From Rhodothermaceae bacterium bin80 (lineage in GTDB: Bacteria > Bacteroidota > Rhodothermia > Rhodothermales > Bin80), in contig MPNB01000003.1 of assembly GCA_002238805.1 (NCBI GenBank), positions 6,407 to 70,406 of the forward strand: 64,000 bases of DNA, given 5' to 3'. A program made the position numbers and the translations under genes. The notes beneath the pieces were generated by a model. It had not been told where the DNA came from and did no database searches. It saw nothing but the letters and a program-made list of their open reading frames with translations. Each line of letters starts with the position of its first letter. Within the stretch, counting starts at the first letter, position 1. Of the stretch, positions 35,998-47,000 are shown piece after piece.

Positions 35998-37776
35998 ATG
36001 GTTACTGAGAAGTTTCTGGGAATGCGTTACGTATTTTGCTTAGCTGCTTATCTGGTGGCTATACAGGCTACCCGTGCACAGTCGACAGATCTGGAAGCCA
36101 TAGCCGAGTCCGTCGCGCAATACGAGATTGTTCTGGCGTCTGAACCCTCGATGGATGATGGTTCTCAGACCATTGAAGTACGGCGGCTTCTTCCATTACT
36201 TCCTGAATCTGTTGCTCAGAAGGTGATTGTACCGGATTCCGGCCACATAACTTCAGACGCCCGGGATGCCATTTTGGGCTGGTGGAGAACTCAGGATCCG
36301 TTACCAGCCTCTGAGGTCAATGAGCGAATGGTGGAGCATGTCCGGCGTGTGCAATATGCGCTGGAGCGCTATGTATGTGCTACATGTCCGATGGGTTATG
36401 ATGCACGCGGAGAAATTTATGTTCGTTATGGTGCACCGGAGCGCATTACACGGATTGTATTTGATGACCCACTGCTCATTGACGCAATTTACCAACCAGG
36501 TGTTGCTGTGAGCCCCGGAGATTTTCCAGAGAATGAATTCTGGAGATATCTGAATATCAACCGCGATGCCTACTTCCTGTTTATTCGAGATGGCAAACCA
36601 TACCGGCTTGGTGACACTTCTGATCTATTGCCAACAGCACTTCGGTCTGGTCTAGGACAGGGAGGGCGTGGACTAGTTAAGTCCAAAATGGTACTTGCTG
36701 TTATGCGTTCTATGTACAGGCAGCTTGCTTTAGAGCATTACCATTTTGGGTCGAGATTCAATGAGGTTGATAGATGGTTGGCTGCACACGAAGAGACAGG
36801 ACGTCTGCAGAGCCGCGACATGATGGAGAACGCGAAGATTATCACAGGTGCTACATTACTGACTCAGGGTGAGCGTCCCGAAACCACAGAGTTTGACCAA
36901 GATTTGGGCCAGCCTGCCCATATCTTTGCCCAAGGCATGATCACGAATGCTCGAATTGAAGACGACCAGGCCGCCTATCAAAAGGAAATATTGCTACCTC
37001 CGAGTACTTCGGATGTCCTTTCAACATTGCCTACATTGCCATTGGGCGTGCGTTATGCGAGATTCCTAGAGCCCGATGGCACAACAACAACAGAGATCTA
37101 TTGGCATCCTGAATCCGGTGGATTGATTGCTCCGGGGCATGCATCTGAACCGGTATACTTCATACAAACCTACGCGGCGCAGGAGAGTGCTGATCATACA
37201 TTGCGGCGCAGCAGTACTGATGCGATACGTATTCATATCCCGCCGTCTGGTGAGCCAGTAACGATTCCGGTACAAACAATTAAGGTGACCGGAGATACTG
37301 GTCTGTATCACTTAGCCCTTCAATGGGATCAGTATGGGGTTAACTCTGAGGGAATTGGCCCTCGATTGCAGGTTGCTTCCAGACGGGTAGACTCACTTCG
37401 TTCGCTGGATGCGAGTGGTTTTGCTTTGGAAATGAGTGATCTGAAGCCTCTTGTTCACACCGAAAGCGGGGCCCCGTTGCCATGGCCTCATGACTGGGTT
37501 ATTCCAAGCATGAGGTTCGGGCTGGCATTTGAAATTTATCATCTTACGTATGGTGTAAAAGATGCAACGTCATACACTGTGACCTACGAAGTTACCCCTG
37601 AGCGCAGGCGTACTTCATCGACCAGTGTGGAGTTTGAGGGTCAGAGTCGGGTGGAGCGGACAGAGGTTGTGCTGGATATCGGCAGAAGAACAGGCATGGT
37701 TCGTATAAGGGTCAGGGTTAGAGATGAAATATCAGGTATGGAAGTATCCAGGGTGCTTAGTGTAGAGATGCGCTGA
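35998..37776 (+). CDS. GWxTD-domain-like secreted protein
   Basis: Has a signal peptide. WWRTQDPLPASEVNERMVEHVRRVQYALERY...MGYDARGEIYVRYGAPERI fits the GWxTD-domain pattern as I remember it, with the W degenerate here. Confidence 0.6.
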   Translation: MVTEKFLGMRYVFCLAAYLVAIQATRAQSTDLEAIAESVAQYEIVLASEPSMDDGSQTIEVRRLLPLLPESVAQKVIVPDSGHITSDARDAILGWWRTQDPLPASEVNERMVEHVRRVQYALERYVCATCPMGYDARGEIYVRYGAPERITRIVFDDPLLIDAIYQPGVAVSPGDFPENEFWRYLNINRDAYFLFIRDGKPYRLGDTSDLLPTALRSGLGQGGRGLVKSKMVLAVMRSMYRQLALEHYHFGSRFNEVDRWLAAHEETGRLQSRDMMENAKIITGATLLTQGERPETTEFDQDLGQPAHIFAQGMITNARIEDDQAAYQKEILLPPSTSDVLSTLPTLPLGVRYARFLEPDGTTTTEIYWHPESGGLIAPGHASEPVYFIQTYAAQESADHTLRRSSTDAIRIHIPPSGEPVTIPVQTIKVTGDTGLYHLALQWDQYGVNSEGIGPRLQVASRRVDSLRSLDASGFALEMSDLKPLVHTESGAPLPWPHDWVIPSMRFGLAFEIYHLTYGVKDATSYTVTYEVTPERRRTSSTSVEFEGQSRVERTEVVLDIGRRTGMVRIRVRVRDEISGMEVSRVLSVEMR

Positions 37777-38102
37777 TGATTGTAAGCAGGGTAGATTTTT
37801 TCCAGCAGGTCTGGGATACGGTTGCCATAATTCCAACCTCAAAGGTTACAACATATGGGCATATTGCCGAATACTTGGGAAGTAGGAGTGCAGCGCGCAC
37901 AGTTGGGTGGGCCCTCAAGGCGGCCAAGGGGGCCCATTTGCCGTGTCACCGGGTTGTGAATCGGTACGGTGCATTGACGGGGGCGAAGCAGTTTGGTGGG
38001 GTTAACGTTATGGAACAGTTGCTCCGGAGGGAAGGGGTAACGTTTGACGAAGATGGTTGCGTGATTCTCTCACTCCACCTCTGGATTCCCGGTAGCGGGT
38101 AG
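37776..38102 (+). CDS. MGMT-family protein (methylated-DNA-protein-cysteine methyltransferase DNA-binding domain only)
   Basis: The 108-aa protein has IPTSKVTTYGHIAEYLG and the active-site-type motif PCHRVV. Its ATG overlaps the upstream TGA by 1 nt. Confidence 0.8.
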   Translation: MIVSRVDFFQQVWDTVAIIPTSKVTTYGHIAEYLGSRSAARTVGWALKAAKGAHLPCHRVVNRYGALTGAKQFGGVNVMEQLLRREGVTFDEDGCVILSLHLWIPGSG

Positions 38103-38347
38103 ACTTGTTCGTGTTGCCGAGTCTGCTACCTTGGGTTGGCAGTGAAAAGTTCAGGGAGCGAGCTTGTATGATGGGATATGGGGCATGATGAGGAAACGTT
38201 TGGGAGTTATACCCACAGACAAAAGGCAAAACGTCCTGCAAAATCATCTTGGAAGCGTAGCTCACAAAGAAAAAAGTAGCCCATTCTGGCCCCTGAATAC
38301 CAGAAGCAGAAAAATCCACTGCAATGATAAAGATGCGCCAAGGCCGT

Positions 38348-39061
38348 TTAACGCACTATGCGTGATTGAAGGATGGGTGCCAAAATCTCCCAGACATTGT
38401 CAGCTAGTATCCGTTGTCCGGCAGCGGTGGGATGAATCCCGTCTGGTTGGTTGAGTTCGGCAATGCCACCAACTCCTTCCAGTAGAAATGGGATCAGAGC
38501 AGCGCCGGTTTCTTGGGCCACGGCAGGAAACACTGCCCTGAATTCTTCCTGGAATTGTGGTCCTAGGTTTGGGGGTAGCTGCATTCCCGCAATAACGATG
38601 TTAACCTCAGGGCTTGCTGCTCTCGTCTGGTTGACGATTTGTAGCAGGTTGGCCTTTGTGAGTGCTGGCGAAATTCCCCGCAGACCGTCATTGCCGCCCA
38701 AAGCTACAACCAGGACATCGGGCGGGTTGCGCAGCTGCCAGCCCAGCCGTCGGAGGCCTCCTGAAGAAGTGTCACCGCTCACTCCGGCGTTAACCATGAT
38801 CACGGGCCACCGCAGCGAATCTACGCGTGTCTGCAGGAATGAAGGATAGGCTTCGTTTACGGACAACCCATAGCCTGCGGTCAGACTGTTACCCAGAAAA
38901 ACCACACGCACGGGGTTGATTGAATCCTGTGCGACAGCAGGTCGTACAGATAACAGAACACAAAGAAGGCCACTCGTGTATAGGAGCCGGGTTGAGAGAA
39001 AGCCAGTCAAGACAGTGGGATTATAATGCTCGAAATTACAGGGCTTACCAAGACATACCAA
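38348..39061 (-). CDS. tesA: SGNH/GDSL arylesterase-lysophospholipase (TesA-like)
   Basis: Has block I VVFLGNSLTAGYG, block III GGNDGLRG and block V DGIHPT. It is divergent from ybbA/ybbP-like genes, as in E. coli. The true start may be the TTG at 39010. Confidence 0.8.
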   Translation of the reverse strand: MVCLGKPCNFEHYNPTVLTGFLSTRLLYTSGLLCVLLSVRPAVAQDSINPVRVVFLGNSLTAGYGLSVNEAYPSFLQTRVDSLRWPVIMVNAGVSGDTSSGGLRRLGWQLRNPPDVLVVALGGNDGLRGISPALTKANLLQIVNQTRAASPEVNIVIAGMQLPPNLGPQFQEEFRAVFPAVAQETGAALIPFLLEGVGGIAELNQPDGIHPTAAGQRILADNVWEILAPILQSRIVR

Positions 39062-39721
39062 AGTGGGTCCCGATTACTGACGGTCCTTGATAATGTTACC
39101 TTTGCAATTGACGCAGGAGATACCTGTGCGGTAGTAGGGCCGTCCGGTAGCGGAAAAACCACACTACTTGGATTGTGTGCAGGCCTGGATTCGCCTTCCT
39201 CAGGCACCGTAAAGCTTGCAGGGAAGGATCTTGGTCGATGTTCCGAGGATGAGCGTGCAGAAATTCGGCGTAATGCTGTCGGATTCGTTTTTCAGACGTT
39301 TAGATTGATCCCAACACTTACGGCTCTGCAGAATGTCATGGTGCCTCTGGAGCTCAGTGGTCAAAGCGGCGCCCGCAAGCGTGCCTTGGAATTACTCCGT
39401 GAGGTTGGGCTGAAAGGGCGCGAGCATCACTACCCCGTGCAAATGAGTGGTGGAGAGCAACAGCGGGTCGGATTGGCCCGGGCATTCATCAACCGTCCAG
39501 CTATTCTCTTTGCTGATGAACCTACGGGTAATCTTGATACCACTACAGGTATCAGGATCGAAGAACTGCTGCTTGATTTGAATCGTACAGCCGGGACAGC
39601 GTTAGTTGTTGTAACACACGATCTCAGATTGGCCCATTCATGCCATCGGGTGTTGGAGCTTGAGGCAGGTCGAATTGTTCGCGACTATAACGGTGAAGTT
39701 GAAGTACCTGTATCGGCATGA
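39026..39721 (+). CDS. ABC transporter ATP-binding protein (YbbA/LolD-like)
   Basis: Has Walker A GPSGSGKTT, signature MSGGEQQRV and Walker B LFADEPTGNLD. Confidence 0.9.
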   Translation: MLEITGLTKTYQSGSRLLTVLDNVTFAIDAGDTCAVVGPSGSGKTTLLGLCAGLDSPSSGTVKLAGKDLGRCSEDERAEIRRNAVGFVFQTFRLIPTLTALQNVMVPLELSGQSGARKRALELLREVGLKGREHHYPVQMSGGEQQRVGLARAFINRPAILFADEPTGNLDTTTGIRIEELLLDLNRTAGTALVVVTHDLRLAHSCHRVLELEAGRIVRDYNGEVEVPVSA

Positions 39722-42237
39722 TCAGTACTTGGACTTTGCGCATGGCATGGAGGGAAAGTCGGGGCAGCCGTCGCCGGCTATTGGTTTTCCTGTCCTCAAT
39801 GGTGGTCGGTGTTGCTCTCCTGGTGGCCATATCTTCCACGTCAGATAGTCTCCAGTACAGTGTGGATGAACAGGCACGAGAGCTCCTCGGTGCAGATATG
39901 CGGTTCTCAAGCAACCAGCCGTTTGCTGACACCATAAGCGCGGCTATCGACACAATTGGCATTGCCAAGGCACAGCGAATCTCAACATTATCTGTAGCCT
40001 ATTTTCCGGCACAGGGCCAGGCACGTTTGGCAGGCATACACGCTACGGAGGATAAATATCCATTTTACGGGTCACTTAAGACAGATCCAGTAGAGGCTGT
40101 CAGCCAATTCCGAAACGGTTCGGGCGCCCTGGTTGACCGGGGGTTGATGCGAATGTTGGGGATTGAGGTAGGAGACACCGTTCAAGTAGGCAGACGCAAA
40201 TATGCTATTGCCGGCTCACTCATAGGCGCGCCGGGTGAGTCGGAGATCAGTATGATCGTCATGCCTTCCATCTATGTTCCGCTGGAAACGCTGGATACCT
40301 TGTTACTTGGATTCGGGGCAATGGCGAACTACGAAGTCTACGTAAAGCTTGCACCTGACGAGGATCCTGAGGAGATACGTGATTCCTTGTATAGCTCTCC
40401 TTCCGGGTTTGCCGCAGGAATTGATACGGTGGCAGAGCAGCGGGAAAATTGGGAAGAGGCTTTAGACTTTTTTAGCAAATTTCTAGGTTTGGCAGGATTT
40501 GGTGCACTGATACTTGGAGGACTTGGGGTGGGAGGTGCAATCAGGGCACATGTTCGCCGCTGCTTTAACAATATTGCAGTGCTACAATGTTTGGGTGCGG
40601 GTAGTGGGGGAGTTTTTGCTGTTTATTTCGTCCAGGCATTCATGCTCGGGTGCATTGCCGGAGTACTTGGATGTATTGGGGGGGCGCTTTCACAGATGCT
40701 GATTCCGTATGCATTGGACTCCTTCCTGCCGTTTGAGATTGCACTTCGTGTATCCTGGCCAAGCATGGCGATGGGGTTTGGCGTGGGGCTGGCAGTGACA
40801 CTGATTTTCGCAATCTTGCCTCTTTTGGATGTACGTGGTGTTTCGCCTCTACGTGCACTTCGCTCTAGTATTGAGCCGCTTACCCCGGCGCGTGTACGAT
40901 TACTTGCTTATGTGGTAATAGTGGGTGGTTTGATTGTAATTGCCGCTCTGCAGTCCGGAAGCTGGGCGGCTAGTGCCTATTATGCATTGGCTATTACAGT
41001 TGCTCTGGGTGCACTCTTGCTGGTCGCCAAGCTGTTGATGCTGCTTGCACGGCGTATCACAAATCGTATACCATTCTATCCATTTCGTCAGGGACTGGCC
41101 AACCTACATCGGCCGGGCAATCAGACCGTATTGGTGATGATAGCATTAGGGTTGGGTACATTTATTGTCATGGTGCTGCTTATAAGCGAGAGCATGATTA
41201 CCGGTCAGATTGATTTGGTAGGTGCTGAAGGTCGACCAGACATGATATTTTTTGATATCCAGAACGATCAGTTAGAGGGAATCACTGAATTGATTGAGGA
41301 GCAGCGCTGGCCAATTGTTGACAGTTCTCCGGTGGTAAACATGCGCCTGCATGCTGTCGGTGATCAGACTGTGGAAGAAATTATGCAGGACTCCAGCCGT
41401 GAAGTTACATGGCCGTTAATCCGTGAATACAGGTCCACATATCGCGCACAACTCACTGATGCAGAGAAGCTTGTCAGCGGTACGTTTGCAGGAGTACATC
41501 ACACGGATTCAGCTTTCGTTCAGATATCGATAGAAGAAGATTTTGCGCGCAACGAATTACTGGCAGAGATTGGTGATACGCTTATTTTCGATGTCCAGGG
41601 AATGCAGGTTCCCACTAGGGTCACCAGCTTGCGTGAGGTAGACTGGGAGCAGATGCGGTCGAATTTTTACGTTGTTTTTCCAACTAATGTCTTGGAAGAG
41701 GCACCGCAAACGCACGTAATCTCAAGTCGTAGAGGGGAGGGTACTACACCTGACTCGTTGCAGGCAGCTGTAGCAGCCTCTTACCCGAATGTTACCGCAC
41801 TTAGTTTGGAGGCGATTGTGAGGATCATTCGTGAAGTGCTTGATCGCATTGGCTTTGCCATTCAGTTTATGGCTTATTTTTGTTTTGCTGCTGGAATTTT
41901 AGTACTGATAGGTGCTCTTTTGATTGGACGTCTGCAACGAATTGAAGAGAGTGGGCTACTCAAGACCTTGGGGGGCAGCAGAAAGCAATTGTTAATCATT
42001 GCACTCACGGAGTACTCCGTCTTGGGTCTTCTGTCCAGTGCTACCGGTCTAATATTATCTTTGGTAGCTGGATGGGTTTTATCTGTGACAGCATTTGATC
42101 TTCCATTGAGAATTTCAGGGCAGTCCATATTATTGGTAATTGCTGTGGTCATTGCTTTAACCGTAATGGTTGGTTTCTTGAGCAGCAGGAGCATTTATGA
42201 TCGGTCGACACTCTCTGTATTGCGTGCAGAAGGTTGA
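39718..42237 (+). CDS. FtsX-family ABC transporter permease (YbbP-like, duplicated FtsX domains)
   Basis: The 839-aa protein has two blocks of four TM segments separated by a large soluble domain. It overlaps the ATPase gene by 4 nt. Confidence 0.85.
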   Translation: MISTWTLRMAWRESRGSRRRLLVFLSSMVVGVALLVAISSTSDSLQYSVDEQARELLGADMRFSSNQPFADTISAAIDTIGIAKAQRISTLSVAYFPAQGQARLAGIHATEDKYPFYGSLKTDPVEAVSQFRNGSGALVDRGLMRMLGIEVGDTVQVGRRKYAIAGSLIGAPGESEISMIVMPSIYVPLETLDTLLLGFGAMANYEVYVKLAPDEDPEEIRDSLYSSPSGFAAGIDTVAEQRENWEEALDFFSKFLGLAGFGALILGGLGVGGAIRAHVRRCFNNIAVLQCLGAGSGGVFAVYFVQAFMLGCIAGVLGCIGGALSQMLIPYALDSFLPFEIALRVSWPSMAMGFGVGLAVTLIFAILPLLDVRGVSPLRALRSSIEPLTPARVRLLAYVVIVGGLIVIAALQSGSWAASAYYALAITVALGALLLVAKLLMLLARRITNRIPFYPFRQGLANLHRPGNQTVLVMIALGLGTFIVMVLLISESMITGQIDLVGAEGRPDMIFFDIQNDQLEGITELIEEQRWPIVDSSPVVNMRLHAVGDQTVEEIMQDSSREVTWPLIREYRSTYRAQLTDAEKLVSGTFAGVHHTDSAFVQISIEEDFARNELLAEIGDTLIFDVQGMQVPTRVTSLREVDWEQMRSNFYVVFPTNVLEEAPQTHVISSRRGEGTTPDSLQAAVAASYPNVTALSLEAIVRIIREVLDRIGFAIQFMAYFCFAAGILVLIGALLIGRLQRIEESGLLKTLGGSRKQLLIIALTEYSVLGLLSSATGLILSLVAGWVLSVTAFDLPLRISGQSILLVIAVVIALTVMVGFLSSRSIYDRSTLSVLRAEG

Positions 42238-42258
42238 TCGGTAGTATAGTGAGGCATA

Positions 42259-42924
42259 ATGCATCAGATATCCGAAAGGGTCAATCAAGTTCAAGAACAC
42301 ATTGCCCGAGCCTGCCATTGTGCCGGGCGCGATGTTGAGGAGATAACGCTCGTCGCTGTTACCAAGACTTGGCCTCCCGAAATTGTACAGGCTGGATTGG
42401 AGGCTGGGCTTATAGACTTTGGAGAAAATAAAGTACAGGAGCTGGTTACTAAGGCACCGCTTTTCCCAACAGCCAATTGGCATATGATCGGGCATCTGCA
42501 GCGCAACAAGGCACGTCATGTTGTGGCACACGCACGGGAGTTTCACGCATTGGACAGCTTACGTCTGGCCAAGGCGCTAAATCGCCACGCTGAACAAGCG
42601 GAGCGCGTACTGCCCTGTTTCGTGCAGGTAAATGTGTCTGGAGAAGATTCCAAGTTCGGTCTGCATCCACCATTGGTTGATGAGTTTATGGCGCAGCTGA
42701 ATGGTCTCGAACATATACGACTGACTGGATTGATGACTTTGGCTTCCCCAGATGCTCGCAAGGTACGAGAGGAATTTCGTCTACTGCGGAGTATACAGTC
42801 TAGGTATGTGCACTTAGGCTGTCAGCACCTTTCGATGGGCATGAGTGGGGATTATGAAATCGCGATAGAAGAAGGGGCTACACACGTGCGGGTTGGTTCT
42901 GCGCTGTTTGGGCATCGGCGATAG
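42259..42924 (+). CDS. yggS: YggS-family pyridoxal-phosphate homeostasis protein
   Basis: Contains VAVTKT (the PLP lysine), FGENKVQE, HMIGHLQRNK and LSMGMSGDYEIAIEEGATHVRVGSALFG. Confidence 0.9.
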   Translation: MHQISERVNQVQEHIARACHCAGRDVEEITLVAVTKTWPPEIVQAGLEAGLIDFGENKVQELVTKAPLFPTANWHMIGHLQRNKARHVVAHAREFHALDSLRLAKALNRHAEQAERVLPCFVQVNVSGEDSKFGLHPPLVDEFMAQLNGLEHIRLTGLMTLASPDARKVREEFRLLRSIQSRYVHLGCQHLSMGMSGDYEIAIEEGATHVRVGSALFGHRR

Positions 42925-42948
42925 TTGATATATAATCCAATTAATTCG

Positions 42949-43809
42949 ATGGAGACAGACATTCCAGATTCCAAAACACAGGTGGAACGGGTAGACGCCG
43001 CGGCAGCGATTGTGCGTGCAGTTACGGATTTTAAGCCTAAGATTGGCTTGATACTAGGTACCGGTCTAGGGAAATTAGCCGAAAGAATTAATGTTCAGCA
43101 TGCCATACCGTATGATTCACTTCCGCATTTCCCGGTTTCAACGGTAGAATCTCACCGGGGTCGCCTGCTTATTGGTACTCTGGAGGGTGTTCCAGTTGTA
43201 TGTATGCAAGGGCGGATGCATGTGTACGAAGGGTATAGTGCTAGAGAGGTCACTTTTCCTATCCGTGTGATGGTCTGCCTGGGTATCGAGTGCCTGCTTA
43301 TATCTACTGCCTGTGGTGGTATGAATCCAGCATATCGCCGCGGCGAGTTGATGCTACTCTCGGATCACATCAATCTGCAAGGAGTCAATCCGCTTGTTGG
43401 GCCAAATGTGGATGCGTGGGGACCACGATTCCCTGATATGAGTGAACCGTACGATGTAGAGCTGCGAGTTCGCGCGAAGCAGATCGCAGATAAGCATGCA
43501 ATCAAGCTCCACGAGGGAGTATATGTATCTGTATTGGGTCCCAACCTGGAAACAAAGGCAGAGTATAGATTTCTGCGTACTATAGGTGCGGATGTTGTAG
43601 GTATGTCTACAACGCCGGAGGTGACTGTTGCAAGACATATGGACTTACGCGTGATGGCTATCGGTATTATCACTGATGAGTGTTTCCCGGATACGCTTCA
43701 GCCTGTTACGCTTGAAGAGGTTTTGGAGGCGGCGGGCATCGCAGAGCCGAAGCTCACTGCAATCATGTCGGATATGGTTGTATCTTTCCATGAAGATCAG
43801 TCACGGTGA
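42949..43809 (+). CDS. purine nucleoside phosphorylase (PNP/PunA-type)
   Basis: Contains ILGTGLG, HRGRLLIGTLEGVPVVCMQGRMHVYEGY, GPNLETKAEYRFLR and VGMSTTPEV. I chose the ATG at 42949; an in-frame TTG at 42925 abuts the yggS stop. Confidence 0.9.
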   Translation: METDIPDSKTQVERVDAAAAIVRAVTDFKPKIGLILGTGLGKLAERINVQHAIPYDSLPHFPVSTVESHRGRLLIGTLEGVPVVCMQGRMHVYEGYSAREVTFPIRVMVCLGIECLLISTACGGMNPAYRRGELMLLSDHINLQGVNPLVGPNVDAWGPRFPDMSEPYDVELRVRAKQIADKHAIKLHEGVYVSVLGPNLETKAEYRFLRTIGADVVGMSTTPEVTVARHMDLRVMAIGIITDECFPDTLQPVTLEEVLEAAGIAEPKLTAIMSDMVVSFHEDQSR

Positions 43810-44084
43810 GTAATAAAAAATAAACCAAATCTCTCAGGTACGCACCACTCGCATTCTCAGGCTTTGTGGGACGTTAGTAGAGATATTGATCCTTCGCTCA
43901 GCAAAAAATAAATAAGTGCATATAGCGCAACTCGTTGGCGGTAGCGCAATGCTCCAGCAGCAGTGACATCCAAAACAGGTGTGTCGCAAGGAAGCAGGTT
44001 GGAACTAGGATATGCACTCAGTCCGGTAGTCGAACAAGAACGCTAAAGATTCGTTCAGCGCGCTTGCTTTCAAGCTCTAAGGGC

Positions 44085-47000
44085 ATGCAGCGTTTTGAGG
44101 AAATTCGGCGTATTGACGCCCAGATTATTGAGCAACAGATTCGTGATTGGTGGGAATCTGCGCGTATTTTCGAGAAGAGTATTCAGGCACGTACCGGAGC
44201 ACCTACGTACACCTTTTATGAAGGTCCTCCCACTGCAAATGGACACCCGGGTATTCACCATGTGATGGCCAGAACCATAAAGGATGTGTTCTGCAGGTAC
44301 CATACAATGAAGGGATGCCTCGTTGAGCGTAAGGCAGGTTGGGATACGCATGGGTTACCTGTCGAGATTGAGGTCGAGAAAGCTCTCAATCTCGATGGAC
44401 GCGAGGACGTTCTGCGCTACGGTTTGGCAAAGTTCAATCAGAAGTGCCGTGAGAGTGTATTGATCTATAAAGAGGAGTGGGACGAACTGACACGTCAGAT
44501 GGGTTACTGGGTGGACTTGGATAACCCCTACGTGACGTTCGAAACAAAATATATCGAAACCGAATGGTGGTTAATCAAGAAGATTTACGAGAAGGGGCTC
44601 CTCTATAAGGGACATAAGATTCATTGGTACAGTCCGGGATCCGGCACGATTTTGAGCTCACATGAAGTGAGCTTGGGCTACAAAGAAGTTCAAGATCCCA
44701 GCGTGACAGTTCGGTTCAGCTCACTTGATCGGCCTGATACGTACTTGCTTGCCTGGACGACTACTCCCTGGACGCTCATTTCTAACACAGCTCTAGCGGT
44801 GGGGTCGGACATTGAGTACGTCTCGGTTCGTTGTGCCTCTTTCCCGGAATCAGAACTGATTTTGGCCCGGGCTCGACTGGAAATGCTACGTGAAGATTAT
44901 GAGATAACCGGCACGTTGAGCGGGGATGAGCTTGTGGGGGAGCGTTACGAGCCGCTTTTCAGTTTCTTCAAAGACCAAGGCCACGATGCCTGGCAAATAG
45001 TTGCGGGCGATTTTGTGTCGACGGAGGATGGCACGGGGATAGTACATATAGCTCCTGCTTTTGGTGCAGATGACTATGTGGTCGGAAAATCTCATGGATT
45101 TCCAGTCTTGAATCCAATTGATCTGCGGGGGAAATTTCTTCCGAACGTGCCTCTTGTGGGTGGGCTCTGGTTCAAGGAGGCAGACATATATATCATCCGG
45201 GATCTACGAGGGCGTGGGCTCTTGCACCGTCACGATAGCTATGTGCATAACTATCCACATGATTGGCGTAAGGGCACGCCGCTTATGAGTTACCCAGTGG
45301 AAAGTTGGTTTATCCGCACAACGGCAATTCGTGATCGGTTGGTGGAACTCAACGAGACTATTGGCTGGCAACCCAACTCTATTGGACAGGGGCGATTCGG
45401 AGAGTGGTTGTCCAACAATGTAGACTGGGCGCTTAGTCGTCAGCGTTTCTGGGGTACTCCACTCCCTGTGTGGGTATCTGATCGTGATCCGAGTATCATT
45501 GAAGTGATCGGCTCAATTCAGGAGTTACGTGAACGGTGTGGGGATCAACTGCCGGCCAGAGATGAGGATATTGATTTGCACCGACCGTTTGTAGATGAGC
45601 TTACGTGGACCGGGTCGGACGGAGGAACGATGCGCCGGGTACCGGAGACGATTGATGTATGGTTTGATTCGGGGGCCATGCCATTTGCTCAATGGCACTA
45701 TCCGTTCGAAAACAAAGAGGCGTTTGAGAGAAGCTTTCCCGCGGATTTTATTGCTGAGGGTGTAGACCAGACGCGGGGTTGGTTCTATACGCTACATGCG
45801 ATAGCTGCCTTGGTTATGGATAGTGTCTCATTCCGCAACTGTGTTGTGAATGGACTGCTGTTGGATGCTAAGGGTGAGAAGATGTCCAAGACCCGAGGCA
45901 ATGCACTGGATCCTTTCGCGGTGATAGAAGAGCATGGGGTGGATCGGGTAAGATGGTACATGATGAGCAATTCACCGCCGTGGGAAGATCTCAAGTTCAG
46001 TCTCACCGGTGTTAAGGAGGTGGAGCGGAAACTATTCAGTACTCTGACAAATGTCTACAGTTTTTTTGCCACTTACGCCAATATTGATGGTTTCACGAGT
46101 GCAGAAGCAGCTCCGCCGATAGCCGAACGTCCGGAATTGGACAGATGGATATTGAGTCGGTTACAGTCTACAGCTGGATTCGTGGACATAGCGCTAACAG
46201 ATTATCATCCCACGAGGGCAGCGCGCGCTGTTGAAGATTTTGTAGAGGATCTATCCAACTGGTATATCCGCAGGTCTAGAAGACGATTCTGGAGTGCAAA
46301 GGCTAAACTACCTTCCGAATCAGATGTCGACAAATGGGCAGCATATCATACGGTGCATACCTGCCTTGAAACGCTCACGCGTCTCATGGCTCCGATTGCT
46401 CCGCACTACAGTGAATGGTTGTATCGGCAGCTTATCATAAATCTTAAGGGTGCAGCCGAGTCGGTTCATCTGGCAATATTTCCAGAAAAGGATGAGACCC
46501 TGGTAGACGCTTCATTGGAGATGAGAATGAAGCTGGCCCAGGTGGTTTCGTCAATAGTACTGGGGTTGCGCAACCAGGCGAAGTTGAATATTCGTCAACC
46601 TGTAGGTCGTGTACTGGTGGTCGTAGATAAAAAATGTACGAAAGACATGGTCGCTCCGGTTGCCTCGATCATTTTGGACGAGGTGAATGCACGAACCATG
46701 GAATACGTTGATGCTACCAGTAACATTGTATGGCGAAAGGCACGTCCGAACTTTCGCCAGTTGGGCCGTAGAGCCGGACGTCATATGCCCAAAGTTAAAA
46801 AAGCGATTTTAGCTTTGGGGGTGAAACAGCTCGAGAGATATGCAGCGGGTGAATCATTAACGATCACCGGAGATGGATTTCACCTGGACTTACAGCCGGG
46901 GGACATTGAGGTCGTAACCGAGGGAATTGAAGGTTGGCTAGTGGGACAGGAGGGGGGATATACGGTTGCAATGGATACAGTGATTACTGAGGAGTTGCTG

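Noticed and set aside
38008-38319. A 103-aa reverse ORF lies between the MGMT-family gene and tesA.
   Set aside because: It overlaps the 3' end of the MGMT gene, has no signal, motif or coupling to its neighbours, and its composition is unremarkable.
39010-39061. The divergent tesA-like and ybbA-like ORFs appear to overlap by 36 nt.
   Set aside because: This is most likely an artefact of taking the longest ORF. A TTG at 39010 gives a normal signal peptide and removes the overlap.
43935-44084. The listed ileS ORF has a 50-codon upstream extension.
   Set aside because: It is Ser/Arg-rich low-complexity sequence. Conserved IleRS sequence begins right after the Met at 44085. I could not identify a T-box or other known leader in 43810..44084, only short hairpins such as GCTTG-CTTT-CAAGC.
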